Made by a program: the position numbers and the translations under genes
Shown: in pieces, positions 27,261 to 39,620 of the stretch
Layout of the letters: each line of letters opens with the position of its first letter
Position numbering within the stretch: the first letter of the stretch is position 1
Assembly (NCBI GenBank): GCA_951406725.2
Contig: OX597824.1
Coordinates: 83,762,001-83,826,000 of the forward strand
DNA: 64,000 nt
DNA from: Octopus vulgaris
Lineage: Eukaryota
Direction of reading: 5' to 3'
Notes under the pieces: generated by a model
What the model was told of the DNA's origin: nothing
The model's database searches: none
The model's input: only the letters and a program-made list of their open reading frames with translations

Positions 27261-28883
27261 TTAAAGCATGTAATTTTGGTTTTAAATTTTGGCAGAAGGT
27301 CAGGAGTTTTAGGAGAGGGGCTAAGTCAATTACATTGACCTCAGTAATCAAGTGGTGCTTTCTTTATCAACCCTGAAAGAATGAGAAGCAAAAGTCAATC
27401 ACGGCAGGGTTTGAACTCAGAGCATAAAGTCAGGTGAAATACTGCTAAGCATTTCTTTTTTTCCAGTGCAGTAATGATTCTGCCAGCTTGCCACCTAACT
27501 GCAGCTTTATATATTCATTTTGGCACAAGGCCAGCAATTTGGAGGGAGCGGGTAAGTTGATTAAATTGACCCCCAGTAATCAACTGGTATTTATATTATC
27601 AACCTTGACAAGGCGGCGAACTGGCAGAATCGTTAGCACGCCGGGCAAAATGCTCAGCGATATTTCGTCTGTCTTTACATTCTGAGTTCAAATTCTGCCG
27701 AGGTCGACTTTGCCTTTCATCCTTTCGGGGTCGATTAAATAAGTACCAGTTACGCACTGTGGTTGATATAATCGACTTAATCCGTTTGTCTGTCCTTGTT
27801 TGTCCCCTCTGTGTTTAGCCCCTTGTGGGTAGTAAAGAAATAGGTATTTCGTCTGCGGTTACGTTCTGAGTTCAAATTCCGCCGAGGTCGACTTTGCCTT
27901 TCATCCTTTCGGGGTCGATTAAATAAGTACTAGTCTCGCACTGCGGTCGATATAATCGACTTAATCCATTTGTCTGTCCTTGTTTAGCCCCTTGTGGGCA
28001 ATAAAGAAATATATATTATCAACCTTGAAAGGATGAAAGGCAATGTCGAGCTCAGCTGAATTTCTGCTAAGAATGTAATGACAGATGAAATACCACTAAG
28101 CATTTTGCCTGGTGTGCTAATAATTCTTTCCACTCACCATCTTATTAAAACATCATGTGATCATGTGACTGACCAGGTTATCAGGTGCTGTTACACATTA
28201 CTGGTCACAATGTGTTTTGCATTGTTTTACCCTTCAAATGATGCAACCCCACTGGCTAGGCGAGTAGGCTAACATTCCCCTCCTGTTTGAAAGGGGTACT
28301 GGAGCAAAGAAGAATGGAGGGTTTTGCTAAAGAACGCAATGCACTACTTAGTCTAGGAATCAAACTCACAATCTAGTGACTGCGAGTGCAACAACCTAAC
28401 CACTAGGCTATGCACCTTCACATATATTTAAACATAATATTTAAAGCAATCTAAGGCAGCAGGCCTTAAGGGAATTTCATTCACCTTTACGTTCTGAGTT
28501 CAAATTCTGCCAAGGTCGACTTTGCCTTTCATCCTTTAGGGGTTGATAAAATGAGCACCATGTAATCGACTTACTCCCTTCCCTGAAAATTGCTGGCGTT
28601 GTGTCAAAATGTGAAACCAGTATTTAAAGCAAACTGGCAGTATCTTACAAGGCATTACAAAAGTATTTTGGTTAAAGCAGAAAACAATATAAAAATCAAG
28701 TTAGTAGTACAATTGAACATTAAGAAAGAAATACTGATATTTAGGTGCAAAGATCAGCTGGTGCAAGTGAACATAACCCATCCTTTGAAATGATAATTCT
28801 TTTTACAATACAAATAATAATAATAATAATAATAATAATGGTTAAGTAAATATCATTATTGTTATTATTATCATTATTGTTAC

Positions 28884-28925
<42 letters not shown>

Positions 28926-29139
28926 GGTAACAAGCTGGCAGAATTTGTTAGCATGCTGGGTGAAATGCTTAGCAATATTTCTTCTGCTGTTACATTTTGA
29001 GTTCAAATTCTGCTGAGGTCAACTTTACCTTTTATGCCTTTGGGGGTCAATAAATTAAGTACTAGTCTAGTACTGGGGTCAATGTGATCGACTTACTCTC
29101 TCCCTGCAAATTTCGGGCTTTGTGCCTATAGTAGAAAGA

Positions 29140-29177
<38 letters not shown>

Positions 29178-29835
29178 GGTGATGAGCTAGCAGAATCGTT
29201 AGTACACCAGGCAAAACGCTTAGAGGCATTTCATCCCTCTTTATGATCTGAGTTGAAATTTCGCCAAGGTCAACTTTGCCTTTCATCCTTTTGGGGTTGA
29301 TAAAATAAGTACCAGTTGGATATTGGAGTCAATGTAATCGACTTACCTCCTTCCTCCAAATTACTGGCCTTGTGCCAAAATTTGGAATTATTAATGGCAG
29401 CAAGCTGGCAGAATTGTTAGAATGTCAGGCAAAGTACTTAGTGGCATTTCATCTGCCTTGACATTCTGAGTTCAAATTCTGCTGAGGTTGACTTCGCCTT
29501 TCATCCTTTTTGGGTCAAGAAATAAGCACCAGTTTTGCACTAGGGTTGATGTAATCGACTAGCCCCTCCCCTCCTCCCCCAAAATTTCATGCCTTGTGTC
29601 TTTTGTAGAAAGGATTATTTTGGAGTCTGGCTTGGTAGAAGAGACCATCTGGATTAAAATTATCTCCTAATAGTGCACATCAGGAACAAAATTAAATTAT
29701 AGGAAGCCCAACTTCTCATATAAGATCTGGGGAAAATTTTTTGAGGTATCTTTTGGGGGAAAATGGGCATCTTATATGCTAGCAAATATAGTAATCTGAG
29801 TATTTACATGTTTCAAATATAATCTCATTTGTCAG

Positions 29836-29958
29836 GAGTACGTGCCAACCAGTCAAGCCAGCCTTGTTGTGTCTATGATGAAGCTGGTCGACATGTTGCT
29901 GCTTGGATCTCCCCCTAAAGAAGATATTGACAGCAAGCGTATGAGAAGCTACATTGAG
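29836..29958 (+). CDS. DNAH12: Dynein heavy chain exon 5; not in ORF track
   Basis: gtcag|GAG; EYVPTSQASLVVSMMKLVDMLLLGSPPKEDIDSKRMRSYIE; GAG|gtaatt; 123 nt, phase 0/0, fills the expected gap between exons 4 and 6. Confidence 0.85.
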
Positions 29959-30829
29959 GTAATTTTATTTCTTTAATCATTTGTGCTGGTGGAATAGACC
30001 TCTGAGATTGGTGAAATTGATACTGTCATAGAAATTTTTGCATCACTAACCTCTCATGGTTTATTTCCCTCATTAAATAAAGCCAAATCTGCTTGTCTAC
30101 ATACTTATCAACAATAAAACAGCAACTTTAGTGGAGAAATTAATTTCTTCTATAAATTTGTGCCAGACTAAGGATCTGTCCAATAATTTCAACTCAGTAC
30201 TTTGCATTGCCTAAGTTTGGCTGAAAATTGGTTAATCAGAAATGTTGTACAGTAATTCATCTTGGGAGCCTACAGATACACACAAGAGAAATGTTTTGTG
30301 GGATTTAGACACAGAGAGCTGCTGGCTGCATTAGTCTGTGTTTATTTCCATAACCTGTGTCTAACTTGCAGACACACACAGTCCCTCTTATTCTTTCTCC
30401 TTGACTCTTTTACTGCCATGGTTGACCAAACTCAGAAAGCAAGAACAAACTCTCTATTTTAATATTGATTCAACAGCATACATTCTCATAAGTAAGCTTA
30501 TCTTTTCAACAAAAAAAGGAATCTTTATAACCAGGAATTTTTCTTTGAATTTTGTTAACACACTCTCTCTCATATGGCATAGAACCTTTGACCGCGAGTG
30601 TTAACAACAGCTTGTACTTCATCATCATCATCATCACCACCACCACCACCACCATTATTATCATCATAATTTAATGACTGTTTTCCATGATGGTATGGAT
30701 TGAACAGTTTGACAAGGGCTGGTAAGTCCAGGGGCCACATCAGGTTCCATAGTCTGTTTTGGCTTGCTTTCCACAGTCTCAATCACTTGAACCACTTTAC
30801 AGAGTGTACTAGGCACTTTTTACATGGCA

Positions 30830-31212
30830 CCAGCAGCGGTGCTTTTCAGTGGCAGTAACACCAGTGTTTTTTATATGGCACAAGCACCAACATGGGTGCT
30901 TTTCATGTAGCTCCAACACTGGTGCTTTTCATGTGGTACCAACACCAGTGGTTTTATATGGCACAAGCACCAACATGGGTGCTTTTCATGTAGCTCCAAC
31001 ACTGGTGCTTTTCATGTGGTACCAACACCAGTGGTTTTATATGGCACAAGCACCAACATGGGTGCTTTTCATGTAGCTCCAACACTGGTGCTTTTCATGT
31101 GGTACCAACACCAGTGATTTTTACATGGCACCAGCACCAACATGGGTGCTTTTCATGTAGCGCCAACACTGGTGCTTTTCATGTGGCACCAACACCAGTG
31201 TTTTTTACATGG
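30830..31212. repeat. 83-bp higher-order tandem repeat, about 4 copies
   Basis: GCACAAGCACCAAC-type anchor at 30878, 30961, 31044, 31128. Confidence 0.9.
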
Positions 31213-31593
31213 ACTCCTTTAATTCATATTTTGCTCTACTGGGCCCTCATAGCCATACGATATTTAAAAAAGTGCCGTTACATTTTTTATATCATAATTA
31301 TAATTATGTTATCAAATATTAGAAATTGTATTAAAAAATTGTTAAAATATTTTTTTCATTTGGAAGTATAACCAATTTGTAGCACATAAATTTATTAACA
31401 ACTAAATATTTTATGAATCCCCCTAAAGTCATGTGGAGCCCTGTTGAGAACAACTGGTCTAGACTATAATAACGCTCCATTAGCTAATGATATATTAATT
31501 AGTATGTTATCAAAATGAATGATTTACAGAACAGCATCATTCATGTTTTTATTTAATTTCATTTGTTTATTTTTTTAAAAATTTTATTTTCAG

Positions 31594-31782
31594 TCAGCCA
31601 TTATGTTTTCGATACCTTGGTCAATTGGTGCCGTCATTGACGTGGATGGAAGACTCAGTTTCGATTTATTCTTCCGAGAACTCTATACAGGCAAAAATGA
31701 GTCCCACCCAATTCCAAAGGCAATTGGTAAAATAGATATACCAATACCCGAGGGATCTAGTATCTATGACTATTGGTTTGAG
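31594..31782 (+). CDS. DNAH12: Dynein heavy chain exon 6
   Basis: ttcag|TCA; SAIMFSIPWSIGAVIDVDGRLSFDLFFREL...PEGSSIYDYWFE; GAG|gttagt; 189 nt. Confidence 0.93.
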
Positions 31783-31956
31783 GTTAGTCAACTTTGCTAC
31801 CACTCGTTTGTTATTCTTTCATTCTTTTATGCATTTCAACCCAAAGGCTGTGGCCATTATTATTATTATTATTCCTTCGTAACACAGTGTAGGTAAAAAT
31901 GCACCGGAGTCTTTAGTCATCTGTCAAATCACAAGTATCTCAGACAGATACTTTTG

Positions 31957-32188
31957 AAGGCGGCGAGCTGGCAGAAACGTTAGCACGCCGGGCGAAATGC
32001 TGAGCGGTATTTCGTCTGTCGTTACGTCCTGAGTTCAAATTCTGCCGAGGTCGACTTTGCCTTTCATCCTTTCGGGGTCGATAAATAAAGTACCAGTTAC
32101 GCACTGGGGTCGATGTAATCGACTTAATACCTATGTCTGTCCTTGTTTGTCCCCTCTGTGTTTAGCCCCTTGTGGGTAATAAATAAAT
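31957..32188 (+). mobile_element. Family C tRNA-headed SINE, young copy (further copies near 553, 3410, 9660, 13555, 24413, 27610, 28925-29620, 34157, 34980-, 37370-, 41128, 49145-, 55532, 61420-, 62333)
   Basis: AAGGCGGCGAGCTGGCAGAAACG head, B-box GAGTTCAAATTC, A-rich tail; flanking near-duplication AAGT(A/G)TCTCAGACAGATA. Confidence 0.85.
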
Positions 32189-32584
32189 AAGTGTCTCAGA
32201 CAGATAATACTTTCCTTTATATATGCGCTGTGTCCAATAAGGCTGCTTTTTGCAAGACATTTATTCTTCTTCTTATTGTTATTCTTATTATTATATAAGG
32301 TGGTGAGCTGGCAGAATCGTTAGCATGCCAGGAAAATGCTTAGTGGCATTTCCATCCGTCTTTACATTTCGAGTTCAAATTCCACAAAGGTCGACTTTGC
32401 CTTTCATCATTTTGGGGTCAATAAATTAAGCGCCAGTTGAACAGTGGTGGTCACTGTAATTGATTAGTCAGTCCATTCCCACAAACTTTCAGGCCTTGTG
32501 CTTTAGTAGATATTATTATTTTTACTATGACCAGGTTACAGCACAAGCTACAGCAACAAAGTCCACCTATCACCCCTCCTAAAA

Positions 32585-33020
32585 GTAATTCCTCCTCCAG
32601 GAAGTAATGCCTCCTCAGAACTTTCCAGGAGTTGCTCCCCCTATTGGGTACTTTCCAGGAAGTATAACCATTCTCAGATATTTACAGGAAGTCATCCATC
32701 CTGTGAACATTCCAGGAAATAATTCAACCTCGGAACTTTCCAAGAAGAAATTCATCCTCGGAACTTTCCAGGAAGTTCTCCACATCCTCGGAACTTTCCA
32801 GAAAGAAATTTGTCCTCGGAACTGAAGTTGTCCCCCATCATTGGAACTTTCTGGGAACTAATTAATCCTCGGAACTTTCCAGGAAGTTGCCCGCCCTCCT
32901 CGGAACTTTCTAGGATGTAATTCGTCCCCTCCTCAGAACTTTCCAGGAAGTAATTCTTCCTCGGAACTTTCCAGGAAGCAATTAGTCCCCCTTGAAATTT
33001 CCAGGAAGTAATTCCCCCAT
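32585..33020. repeat. Degenerate approx. 30-bp minisatellite
   Basis: Recurrent TCCTCGGAACTTTCCAGGAAG core. Confidence 0.85.
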
Positions 33021-33874
33021 ATGTGTGTACCTTTCTAGTAGTAAATTTTCAGTTATTGAGTAGTTATGTCCAAATTTTTCCAATTTCCTTTCAGCCATAT
33101 AAGTTATTTCTACCTCACGCTCTGACATTCTATTTCTCATGTTTTCTTTCTCCCTCTCTTTCTCCAATTCCCTCCCTCCCCATCTCTCTCTCTGTCTTTC
33201 TCTCCCTTGCTCTCCCTCTTTGTTCCTTTCTTTCTGTCTTTCTTTCTCTCTTTAGCTCTTTTCCCTCAACCCCTATTCCCCATTGATTCACTTAATCTTT
33301 CTTAATTCCAAGATTATCACTGCTTCAAGGTCCTGGATACATTCCAGAGTGTCTGCAATCAAATTGACGTCATGTGACCTCGTTTCTCTCTTCTTACATC
33401 ACCATGAAGTGCATTTCACACGATTAATTTGGATGCTTCCAGCTCAGGGTGACGCACAGGGTCACAGCCATCTTTGCCTGATCTTCTCGCTAACCTTCAG
33501 CAGATCTCCATAAAGGCATTGATTTGTCATGTTGCTGCCATTTCACTTCCTAAGGCCATTCGTACCATCCTTGTGTAACATCCATTTAGCCTATTTGATA
33601 ATTTCTTTCTCAGTGTCAATGTTTCACTGCCAGTTATAATGAACCGCTGGGGCATTTCTGTTGAAATACACTGCCTTTGTTTTTAATTAATTTCGAAAAT
33701 GATGAAGAATTTAGTGAAATAACATTGTCGTTATTAAATTGGTAATTTGAGTATTTTTTTGTTTATCTTTAATCAGTACACTGATCAATATTCCATTCAT
33801 TTGGAAAGGTTTTGAAGTTTCTTCTGAGTAAATGTGTGCATCATCACCATCATCACCATCATAATCATAATCAC

Positions 33875-33909
<35 letters not shown>

Positions 33910-34833
33910 CTACCACCACCACCACCACCATCATCATCATTGTTTACTGTCCGCTTTCTATGCTGGCATGGGTTGGACAATTTCACTGAGGACTAGCAAG
34001 CCAAGTGGATGCACCAGGCTCCAATCTGATCTGGCAAGGTTTCTACAGATGGATGTCTTTCCTTATACCAACCACTCTGATAGTATAGTGGGTGTTTTTT
34101 TACATGCCACTGGCATGGGAACCAGGAACCAGTCAGATGGTACTGGAATTGACCATAAGGCGGCGAGTTGGCAGAAACGTTAGCACGCTGGGCAAAATGT
34201 TTAGCGGTATTTCGTCTGCTGTTACGTTGTGAGTTCAAATTTAATCGGGGTCGATTAAATAAGTACCAGTTACGCACTGGGGTCGATGTAATCGACTTAA
34301 TCCGTTTGTCCTCTCTGTGTTTGGCCTCTTGTAGGTTGTAAAGAAATAGGTATTGACCATGTTCTAATGGTACTTTCTACATGTCACCAACACTGGCATC
34401 AGCCATGCTTGAATGGTGCTTTTTACATGCCACTGGCATGTGTGCCACTCTGGTGGCACTGGCATCAGTCATGACAATGATTTCACTTGACTCAACAGGT
34501 TTTCTTAAGCACAGCATATTGCCCAACGATTGAAGGGTACTTTTAAAAGGGCCAGTTATGCATCTTAATATTAATTCATTTCTTTTATTTAATACGTGAC
34601 ATTTGGATGTAAGCACTGGTGATGGTGCCACTTAAAAAAGCACTGATGATGGTGCCATGTAAAAAGCACCCAGTACATTCTATAAAGTGGTAGGAACTAG
34701 GAAGAGCAAACAGCTGCAGAAACCAAGCCAAAGGTCTGGTCAAGACATCCAAACCATACCATCATGGAAAATGGACTTTAAATGACGATGATAGTGGTGG
34801 CAGCAGTGATGATGATGGTGGTGGTGGTGGTGG

Positions 34834-34879
<46 letters not shown>

Positions 34880-35490
34880 AATAATGGAGACGATGATGAT
34901 GATGAAGATGATAATAATGGGGATGATGATGATACAGTGTCTCCATGAGTCATAAGTTGCAATTTAGTTTTCTTTTTCTTTATTGCCCACAAAGGAATTA
35001 AGTGATTACATTGACCTCAGTGCGTAACTGGTACTTGATTTATCGACCCTGAAAAGATGAAAGGCAAAGTCGACCTCGATGGAATTTGAACTCAGAACGT
35101 AACGGCAGACGAAATACCACTAAGCATTTCGCCCGGCATGCTAACGATTCTGCCAGCTCGCCGCCTTCACTTGCAATTTAGTTTTCTGCCATAATGTGGT
35201 CATACATTGCTTATTATAAACCATACAATACGATGATCAAATGGTGTATAAGTCATACTGAATAGCATGGTTCTAGATACCTCCTCTGTATACTCTTTAA
35301 CTTGTTTCAGTCATTTTGACTGTGGCCATGCTGGAGCACTGCCTTTAGTCGAGCAAATCGACCCCAGGACTTATTCTTTGTAATCCTAGTACTTGTTCTA
35401 TCAGTCCCTTTTGCTGAACTGCTAAGTTACGGGGACGTAAACACACCAGCATCGGTTGTCAAGCGATGTTGGGGGAACAAACACAGACAA

Positions 35491-35539
<49 letters not shown>

Positions 35540-36127
35540 CACATATACAACGGGCTTCTTTCAGTTTCCATCTACCAAATCCACTCAAGGCTTTGGTTGG
35601 CCTGAGGCTATAGTAGAAGACACTTGCCATGCAGTGGGACTGAACTCAGAGCCATGTGGCTGGTAAGCAAGCTACTTACCACACAACCACTCCTACGTCT
35701 ATATTTTAATCGGTCAGTATTAGTTTAAATGGGGCAGAAATTTTGCCACAAAGATTCTTCAAGTTGACAGGTTGGACTGAAGAAACTAAGTTATCATATT
35801 ACAATTCTGTCATGATCTGATGAATACTATACCTAAGCATCTCTATTGAAATACCTTTCTACCTCTTCAAATATTGTAAAGTTTATTCCCCAACAGAATC
35901 AGAATGTGGCAGTCCTATAAAGGACAATGTTACTGTTGTTTACAGGAAAACATCTTTCCCAGCTGGCTATCGGCACACAGTTTGTGTCCGGATAGTGTAT
36001 GTAAGGGGGATCATTGCTCACATTTCCAGCCTTACATGATACTCAATTCTGTCAAATACCTTTCTATCCCTTCTAATAGTCAAATACCTTTCTACCTCTT
36101 CAAATATTGTAAAGTTTATTCCCCAAC

Positions 36128-36227
36128 NNNNNNNNNNNNNNNNNNNNNNNNNNNNNNNNNNNNNNNNNNNNNNNNNNNNNNNNNNNNNNNNNNNNNNNNN
36201 NNNNNNNNNNNNNNNNNNNNNNNNNNN
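36128..36227. other. Assembly gap (100 N)
   Basis: Run of N flanked by duplicated sequence. Confidence 0.99.
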
Positions 36228-36412
36228 TTTATTACTATCTAGTAAAGTTTATTTGCCAACAGAATCAGAATGTGGCAGTCCTATAAAGGACAATGTTACT
36301 GTTGTTTAAGCCCCAGGAAAACATCTTTCCCAGCTGGCTATCGGCACACAGTTTGTGTCCGGATAGTGTATGTAAGGGAGGTCATTGCTCACATTTCCAG
36401 CCTTACATGATA

Positions 36413-36457
36413 CTCACAGACCATGGTTTCTGGGTTGTTGCCCGTCCTCAGTGTGAG
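36413..36457 (-). ncRNA. Minimal type I hammerhead ribozyme motif, canonical core
   Basis: Minus strand CTCACA CTGAGGA CGGG CAACAA CCCA GAAA CCATGG TC TGTGAG: 6-bp stem I, palindromic stem/loop III (ACCATGGT), GUC triplet; C-A mismatch at the base of stem II. Confidence 0.8.
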
Positions 36458-37722
36458 ATAATCTCTTAATATATTCTCAGTTCCAAAGCAGTGTTGTATA
36501 GCTTTGATAAGGATAGGATTATGTAAAATTTCTCTTTTTTTCTAATCTTAGTTGATCAAATAAAATATGAGATCATTTAAAATGCATGATAAATGCTTTG
36601 CAGAGGTTTGGAATTTTCCAATCTACCCAAAACATGCATAAGCTGATTAAAGAATGCATAATTCTTCATTCTTCGGGGGATTTTCTACTGTATTCTGACT
36701 TTATAATAAATTTATTTGTTGCTTGAATTTCCGATTTACAAATTGAGTATGCAGTGAAAGTAATTTAATGGCATTTGTGGATTACATTGGTTTTGACTGG
36801 ACAATTCAATTTAGTTAGCCAAATTTGATTTGTACAGAGTGCTTTCAAAGTAATTCACCTGAATTTTCGATTCCATTTTCCCTTGCATATACTTACATGT
36901 ATACATCATCATTTAACGTCTGTCTTCCATGCTGGCATGGGTTGGACAGTTTGACAGAAGCCGACCAGGTAGAAGACTACACCAGGCCACTGTGTCTGTT
37001 TTGGCACAGTTTTTATGGCTGGATGCCCTTCCTAACACCAGCCACCCCATAGAGAGGACTGAGTGCTTTTTACACAGCACCAGCACAGGCGAGGTCAGTT
37101 TTGACATGGTTGTTACAGCTGGATGCCCTTCCGAATGCCAACCACTTCACAGTGTGGACTAGATGCTTTTTATGTACACACACACACCCAAACACAGATA
37201 GATACACATACACACATGAAAATGCACGCAACTGAATGAGTGCATTGCAACTTGTAGCAGAAACAGCTGTAAGCTTATGAAGTTCATTACATTTCTTATT
37301 CCCTCATCATCTACTTTCTCATTACACCTCTGTACTTGGCTGGTGATTCTTTTTTTGAAGCATATGCACTTTTCCAGTCTAGGCACAAGGCCTGAAATTT
37401 TGGGGATGGGGCCAGTCGATTAGATTGACCCCAGTACGCAACTGGTACTTAATTTATCGACCCTGAAAGGATGAAAGAGAAAGTTGACTTTGGTGGAATT
37501 TGAACTCAGAACATAAAGACATACCACTAAGAATTTCGCCCAGCATGCTAACGTTTCTGCCAGCTCGCTGCCTTGAAGCATAGATATATATATTGAGTTC
37601 TAACATCAGATTATTAGTATCTTCGTTCGACTAAAGGTGGTGCTCCAGCATGGCCACAGTCATATGACTGAAGTAAGTAAAAAAAAAGAAGAAAAATATA
37701 TGTATATATCTATACGTACATA

Positions 37723-37755
<33 letters not shown>

Positions 37756-37786
37756 TTTTTATATATATATATATATATATGCATAA

Positions 37787-38115
37787 GGGTAAAGACCCCC
37801 TTCAGTCATGAGTGACCATGGGATCGCACCTAGAAAGTTACCCTCCTAGACACAAGTCCGGGTAAGGTTGTTTATGGAAGACCAGCAGTCGCCCATGCAT
37901 ACCAGCCTCCCTCTCCATGCCACCAGTGTTATCCAAGGGAAAGGCAAAGGTCGATACAGCTTGGCACCAGTGACATCGCAACTCATTTCTACAGCTGAGT
38001 GAACTGGAGCAACATGAAATAAAGTGCCTTGCTCAAGAACACAACACACAACCTGGTCTGGGATTCGAGCTCACAACCTCACGATCGTAAGCTCGACGCT
38101 CTAACCATTGAGCCA
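37787..38115 (-). mobile_element. tRNA-headed SINE (family D); related copies near 1005-1240, 12160-12402, 50875-51175, 55859-56169
   Basis: Minus-strand head TGGCTCAATGGTTAGAGCG..GCTCGAATCCC. Confidence 0.75.
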
Positions 38116-38370
38116 TATATTTATATATATATATATATATATATATGCATATATATGTATGTATATATATATATATAATGTTGATCCAATCACTTGCCAA
38201 ACAAGTGCAATCAGAAAATTAGTTATTAATAACACAGTCTTTTACTTCCAGCTTGTACTTAGATCTCGGTTTTGTTGTGTTTGAAGAAATTAAATGACTC
38301 AGTGACTCCTAGTTTTCTCGTTACTATTACACTTTGATGTCTTTTCATCTTTTTCCCCTTCTTTTTGTAG

Positions 38371-38516
38371 TTCAAATTGCGCGGTCAGTGGAAGCCATGG
38401 ACTGAGTTCATTAAAGGTTTTGAATCAACAGAAAAAGACATCAGAAATATCTTAGTTCCAACGGTCGATACAGTTCGTTACACATATCTTTTGAATCTTT
38501 CTATAGAGCAAAACAT
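38371..38516 (+). CDS. DNAH12: Dynein heavy chain exon 7
   Basis: tgtag|TTC after long pyrimidine tract; FKLRGQWKPWTEFIK...ILVPTVDTVRYTYLLNLSIEQN; AT|gttagt, phase 2. Confidence 0.93.
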
Positions 38517-38621
38517 GTTAGTATATCATCTAATATCTAAAGATTTCTTAGAATCAAAACAAATTTTTCATTTCCAGAAATCAATATTCTATTTTGTATT
38601 TGGTTTGTGTTTTAGAACAAA

Positions 38622-39004
38622 CTAGCAGTATCGCCCGGCGTTGCTCAGGTTTGTAAGGGAAATAACTATAAAGCATTTTTAGAGAGTTATAGCCAAAAAA
38701 TAGCAAAAAAATGGAAAAAAATGATGGTAAATTTTTTTTGAGAGTTAAAAAAGGTGGAGTTGCGTCCCCTAGACGGTCTGTGGTTTGGGTTTCTGATTCT
38801 CGACCTCATGTCGAATTTATCGATTTTTTTCAGAACTGGGGGAACTTTTCAAAATTTTCGCTGCGTTAGTTTTGAATTATGACATTGGGCTATGTGTGTG
38901 TCAAGTTTCATCAGAATCGGTTGAAAGCCGTGGTCAGAGTGAGGGTACGAGAAAACAGACACACAGAAAACGCACAGACAAACTACCGTTTATATATAGA
39001 GAGA
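38622..39004 (-). mobile_element. Non-autonomous Helitron
   Basis: Minus strand starts TC, ends with hairpin + CTAG, inserted between A and T without a TSD. Confidence 0.8.
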
Positions 39005-39074
39005 TTTTGTTGTATTTTGGGTGGGTTGTTTGGTCACTAATAGACACAAGCACTGGTTTTATTCTGCTTCTTTG

Positions 39075-39148
<74 letters not shown>

Positions 39149-39256
39149 CCAATTCATTAACATTCAGCCAGTTAACTTACTAATTGCTTGATTAATTGTT
39201 GGCATTAAGAACCTATAATGTACTATATAAATATATATATATATACACATGTATAT

Positions 39257-39288
<32 letters not shown>

Positions 39289-39320
39289 GTACATACATAC
39301 ATACATACATGCATACATAC

Positions 39321-39389
<69 letters not shown>

Positions 39390-39408
39390 ATTTTTATTTT
39401 ATAGAAGG

Positions 39409-39458
39409 AGTTCTACAGGACTAGAACTGTTTCATTCAAATGAAATCATCAGGAAGCT
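39409..39458 (-). ncRNA. Type I hammerhead ribozyme motif inside a palindrome
   Basis: Minus strand AGCTTC CTGATGA TTTCATTTGAAT GAAA CAG TTCTAGTC CTG TA GAACT; GUA triplet; the inverted + copy (39459-39502) keeps the full GAAGCT stem I strand but has a broken core. Confidence 0.7.
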
Positions 39459-39584
39459 TGATGATTTCATTTGAATGAAACAGTTCTAGTCCTGTAGAAG
39501 CTCCTTCTATAAAATAAATTAATTTACTCTGCTATGTATTGAGTACCTTATTTACTGTGGTTAACCCCGACTCAACCCGGGACC

Positions 39585-39620
<36 letters not shown>

